From assembly GCA_048213135.1 (NCBI GenBank), contig PS015173.1:62001-99938 (forward strand): DNA of 37,938 nucleotides, in the 5' to 3' direction. Numbering within the stretch: position 1 is the stretch's first letter; each line of letters opens with the position of its first letter. Below are positions 34,140-37,938 of the stretch, in pieces. Source of the DNA: Reclinomonas americana ATCC 50394. Lineage: Eukaryota. The position numbers and the translations under genes were made by a program. The notes under the pieces were generated by a model. That model saw only the letters and a program-made list of their open reading frames with translations, had not been told where the DNA came from and did not search any database.

Positions 34140-37100
34140 TTACTTCTTGACGCCGTGGAAGTCAGTGATGTAGTTGATCCACTCCTGGAAGTTCGGGCTG
34201 CCGAGACCAGTCACTGACAGACGCACACAGAACAGGTGAGTGGGTTGGCGGAGCACATGTCATGCCGTGCTGCTCAAAACTAACCTGGATCCCATCCGGC
34301 AGCAGCCTCGAAACCGTACTGGCAGCACCACTGGCGATTGCACTTGTTGTTGCCGGAGGTGATGTCGTTGAAACTGCACGAGTGGCAAGACGAGGTAAGC
34401 GTCAACAATTAACCACTTGAATTGTGTAGTGATGTACGCAACGCGGCAGGGTGATCCGTGGCCATCTGGTACAGCATCGGGTTCAGGTAGCCGACCACCG
34501 GCTTGCCATTGGCAATCAGCACCTCGTTGACCAGCGAGACGAGGCCGGCCAGAGCGGGACTCGAGCACGACGTGCCGTCGACGGCAATCTACGACAGCCA
34601 GCAACAGTCAGCGCACACGCACGTACACATTTTCGTCTCTTCTTGCACAAACACACCTGCTTGCAGGGGCAATCATCGCCGGAGCTGTTGGAGATGAAAA
34701 TGTTGTAGTGGTGGCCGTTGAACGCCAGATCGGGGTAGCCGCGCTTGGAGCTGTCGAAAGTGCTCGACGGCGGGAGCGACACTCCCGAGTTGACGTACGA
34801 GTTGACAAACGAGGTCTGGAACGACGGCTGCGGGTTCATGGCCGAGAAGCCGCCACCGGTGGTGATGATGGCACCGGTCAGAATCGAGGCGGCCACCTCG
34901 CTGGTGATGGTGGAGCCGGAGCTGATGAACTGGGTGGCACCGACCGAGGTCACGTAGGGCGATGAGGTCGGGTAGTCGGGGTTGAGGGCGCGACCGCCGC
35001 TGGGCGAGTAGCCGGCGTAGGCCGAGATGGTGATGTCGCCGGCGGAGGCCGACTTGAGCTTCGAGCACGTGCACTTGGAGGCGATGTGGTAGCCCTGGCG
35101 CGAGTCCTGATCGAGGTTCACGTCGCACGACGGGTTGGCGTTGACAAAGGCGTTCAGTGCATCGTTCACGCTCGAGTCCTGAAGAATGGTCGAGCAGGCG
35201 TTGGAGCCGAGGCCCATCGGGAAGTAGCAGTTGCCAGTGGTCGAGGAGGAGGTGAAGGTGAGCTGGTGGGGGAAGGAGGTGAGTAATGGGCGAGGGCGAT
35301 AAGAGAGAGAGTGTGCAAGACGTACCATGCCGCACTTGGTCGACGTGTGCTGGCAGCCACCAATTGGGCAGTAGTGCGAGTCATCAATCGGGCAGTTGCC
35401 GTCGGCGCCTGCAGCAGCAACGCGGTCAGACGAGTGGGCACGAGGTACGAAAAATGAAAACACAGTGTGCTCACCGCCAAGGCCTGGGGAGCCGTCGTCA
35501 CCGTCGGAGACGAGGATGGTGATGCCGCGAGTTCTACACGACACGGCGGAATGAGCGCAGAGCAGCCAAGGATGAGACGACGTGGAGAGAGTTGCACAAC
35601 ATACCCGAGCAGCTTGAGGTTCTGGTCCGTGCGGGCAACGTACTGCGCCGAGTCGTAGCCGAGAGCTGCGGGGAGGAGTGAAGATTTGAGCGCGGATGAT
35701 AGCTTCTCCAAACAAAGACACAAATACACACGCACCCTGGCACTGCACGGTGGCGATCTGGCACTGGCCAAACTCGCTCCAGCCGTACGACACCGAGTTC
35801 ACCAGCGGCGTCTTCGGGTCCTGGATCAGCTCGTCGGTCCATTGCAGAATCCACTGTGGTGACGGTGGTGAGCATGCGGAAGGGCGACAGAGGAAGGGAT
35901 AAAGGCACGCAACGTAGCCGTCAGCGTGGTTGTTGAAGGTGGTGGTGACGTTCACGCCCATGGCGGAGATGTACTGGACTGTGCGGGGTGGAGGAAAAGG
36001 TGGTGATGAGCAGAGAGTCGCGGGTAGGAAAAGCAGAGTCACAAACACACACACCATCGAGATCGCTCTCGCCCTGATCGCAGTTCGGGAGGCCTGTGTC
36101 GCACATGTGAGCAAACGAGACCGCGGGGCGCAACCACAGTCACACGCAACAGTCGGGGCCGATCTTGGCGACCGGGTTGTGCGCGAGGTGGTACAGCGTC
36201 TGGAAGTTAGTCAGAGCGCCCTGTTGTACGCATCTGGTCAGCAAAGCTCCATAACACCGAAGCAAGCAAGGCACCGCGCAGCAGCACGCAACGCGAGAGT
36301 AGTAATCGTTAAAGGCAGCAATGCTCTGCGTGTTGTTCGGCTGCGTGCCCGTCAGCGACGATGGCACATTGTAGTAGCCTGTATACGCAATCAGCAAGCA
36401 GAAGCTGGTGGGTGATGATACGACTTGCCAAAACCAGCACGCAACTGCGCAGCACGTCGGGCGTGATCAGCAGGTTGGTGTCGGCCAGCGGCTCCGTGTG
36501 CCGCTGCGCCACACGGCGCGTCTCCGAGATCATCTCCGAGAGGCCCAGAATCAGTTCCACGTGCGCGGCCAGATCCGCCGGAATAGACAAATCGCCAATG
36601 TGTCGCGCATACGTGCGCCCCGACGGCGTGTGTCGCACATCGACGAGCGTCGTCTCAAACATGGTCTCCACGCGCGCAGCCGTCGTGCGCACCTCCAGCG
36701 AGTGCAGCGTGCGTCGGAACTCACTCACGCCGTGCGAGCGCAGCCACTGCTCAACGGCCGCAAACGAGGCCTCGCTCGGCCCATAACGGGCGGCCGTCTC
36801 CTCGCGCGTCAGGTACTGTCCGTACACGGCCGACTTGGGGTTCGACACGGACCAGAAGAACGACTCGAGGTCCTCTGTGTGTTTGAGGAAAATGCTCAGT
36901 GATCATGCACGACAAGAACAGCAGCGTGTACACGTGTCAATGTGCAGCAACGAGAGAAAGACAAGGGAGAGACAAGGGAAGAGGGAGAGAGAGAGCAAGT
37001 TTGGGGGTCTCATGCGCCATGTGTGATCTACCACGCACCAGTGTTGCGCATAAAGAGCGCAATGTTGAAGGCGACGGGTGTGAGCGGGTGTGTGGGTCGC

Positions 37101-37297
37101 AGGAGGGACCAGTTGGGCGGGAGCGAGTCGGAGGCGCGCTGGCTGCGGAGGACGCGGTGTGGGGCCAGTGGCGGAGTTGAGCTGGTGTTGGAGGCGAGGT
37201 TGACCTTGAAGGCGGAGGCGGTGGAGGCCAGGAGCAGCGCGGTCGCCAGCACGGTGGCGATGGCGGCCACGAGGGCAATGTGTGTGCGAGCGCTCAT
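34140..37297 (-). CDS. TPP1: Peptidase S53 (sedolisin / tripeptidyl-peptidase I / physarolisin-like) preproenzyme
   Basis: Signal peptide MSARTHIALVAAIATVLATALLLASTASA. Prodomain VSNPKSAVYGQYLTREE..VEQWL. Catalytic motifs ESDLD(VQY), SVSYGWSE, GITILVSDGDDG, YPTSSPYVTSVGAT, RGYPDLAFNG, GTSCSSP, VGYLNP, FNDITSGNN and GWDPVTGLGSPNF. The stop TAA is at 34140-34142. The symbol denotes the family. Confidence 0.95.
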
Positions 37298-37687
37298 GGA
37301 TGAGGAGAAAAGCGAATGGGGGTCGTTGAAATCCGGCGCGCGGACGAGATTCGAATCCGGCAACAACTTCGCCGCCAAACGTTGACTGTTGCGCGGCATT
37401 GACCCCCGTCCGGGAGGTGGCAGTCACTGCGACGGAGTTGAGACGAGTGCGTGGCTGTGTCTGCGTCTGTGCACGATCATGAGAAACATGCATGCAGCGG
37501 TCGACGTCGTGCTCGTGCTCGGATTTGATCATGCATGCATGCAAACAGTTTGAGATACAGCAGCGCTACTTGTGTACGTTTGCACGTGGTGGGGATTACC
37601 ATGGAGTAGAACAAACAAAGTCAGTGTCTTGCTATGCCTTCCCGCGGTGTGTTGTCATGGGACACCCGTCGTTGTTGTTGTCGCAAG

Positions 37688-37938
37688 ATGCCCGCGCACG
37701 AGCCTCCATCGCTGCGCCACCGACCACCACCTGCCCACGAAGAACATCACCAACACCATCAGCAGCAACAGCAGCAGCACCACAGTGGCTCCACGCACAT
37801 GACAGCAGTTGCATTCGAACTCATCATCGCTCACTGTCACTCCGACTCACACATCAACGCACACACAGTCACACGCATGGGCGCATGAACCCTGCAAAGG
37901 TTACTCTTTCTGCCTCTCTCTCCCTCTCGCGCGCACAC
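37688..37938 (+). CDS. Possible 5' end of a gene with a His/Gln-rich N-terminus, running off the window
   Basis: ATG 37688 gives MPAHEPPSLRHRPPPAHEEHHQHHQQQQQQHH, followed by intron-like sequence. It is divergent from the S53 gene. Confidence 0.35.

Noticed and set aside
37486-37543. Two CATGCATGCA runs upstream of the S53 gene
   Set aside because: These are short simple repeats with no independent evidence of regulatory function.
1-37938. Prokaryotic defence system, transposon, tRNA or rRNA genes
   Set aside because: I saw no transposase, RT or integrase motifs, terminal repeats or structured RNA signatures. All genes are intron-containing eukaryotic genes.

Overview
This is compact, GC-rich, intron-dense eukaryotic DNA (GT-AG introns mostly about 55-100 nt), probably from a protist. 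An amoebozoan origin is plausible but cannot be shown from this window. It contains five assembly gaps. Gene models were built by manually splicing exons, and family calls come from recalled motifs, not database searches. In order: (1) the 3' ~14.2 kb of a giant RNF213/mysterin-like AAA+ ATPase gene (+). It has no visible RING, a reduced Cys motif where the RZ finger should be, and an unusual C-terminal extension (ankyrin repeats, two tandem diverged domains that may be pseudo-OTU, an FN3-like domain and a helical tail). (2) A NOP15/NIFK RRM gene (-). (3) A small hypothetical gene (-). (4) A secreted Pro-rich block-repeat protein with a basic coiled-coil tail (-). (5) A gapped hypothetical gene (+). 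(6) A bacterial-type DUF6875-like gene (-), head-to-head with (7) an SLC18A/VMAT-like vesicular amine transporter (+). (8) RIF1 (-). (9) An S53 sedolisin/TPP1-like peptidase with a Cys-rich insert (-). (10) A possible gene start at the right edge. The best candidates for novel biology are the RNF213-like architecture and the DUF6875/SLC18A divergent pair.
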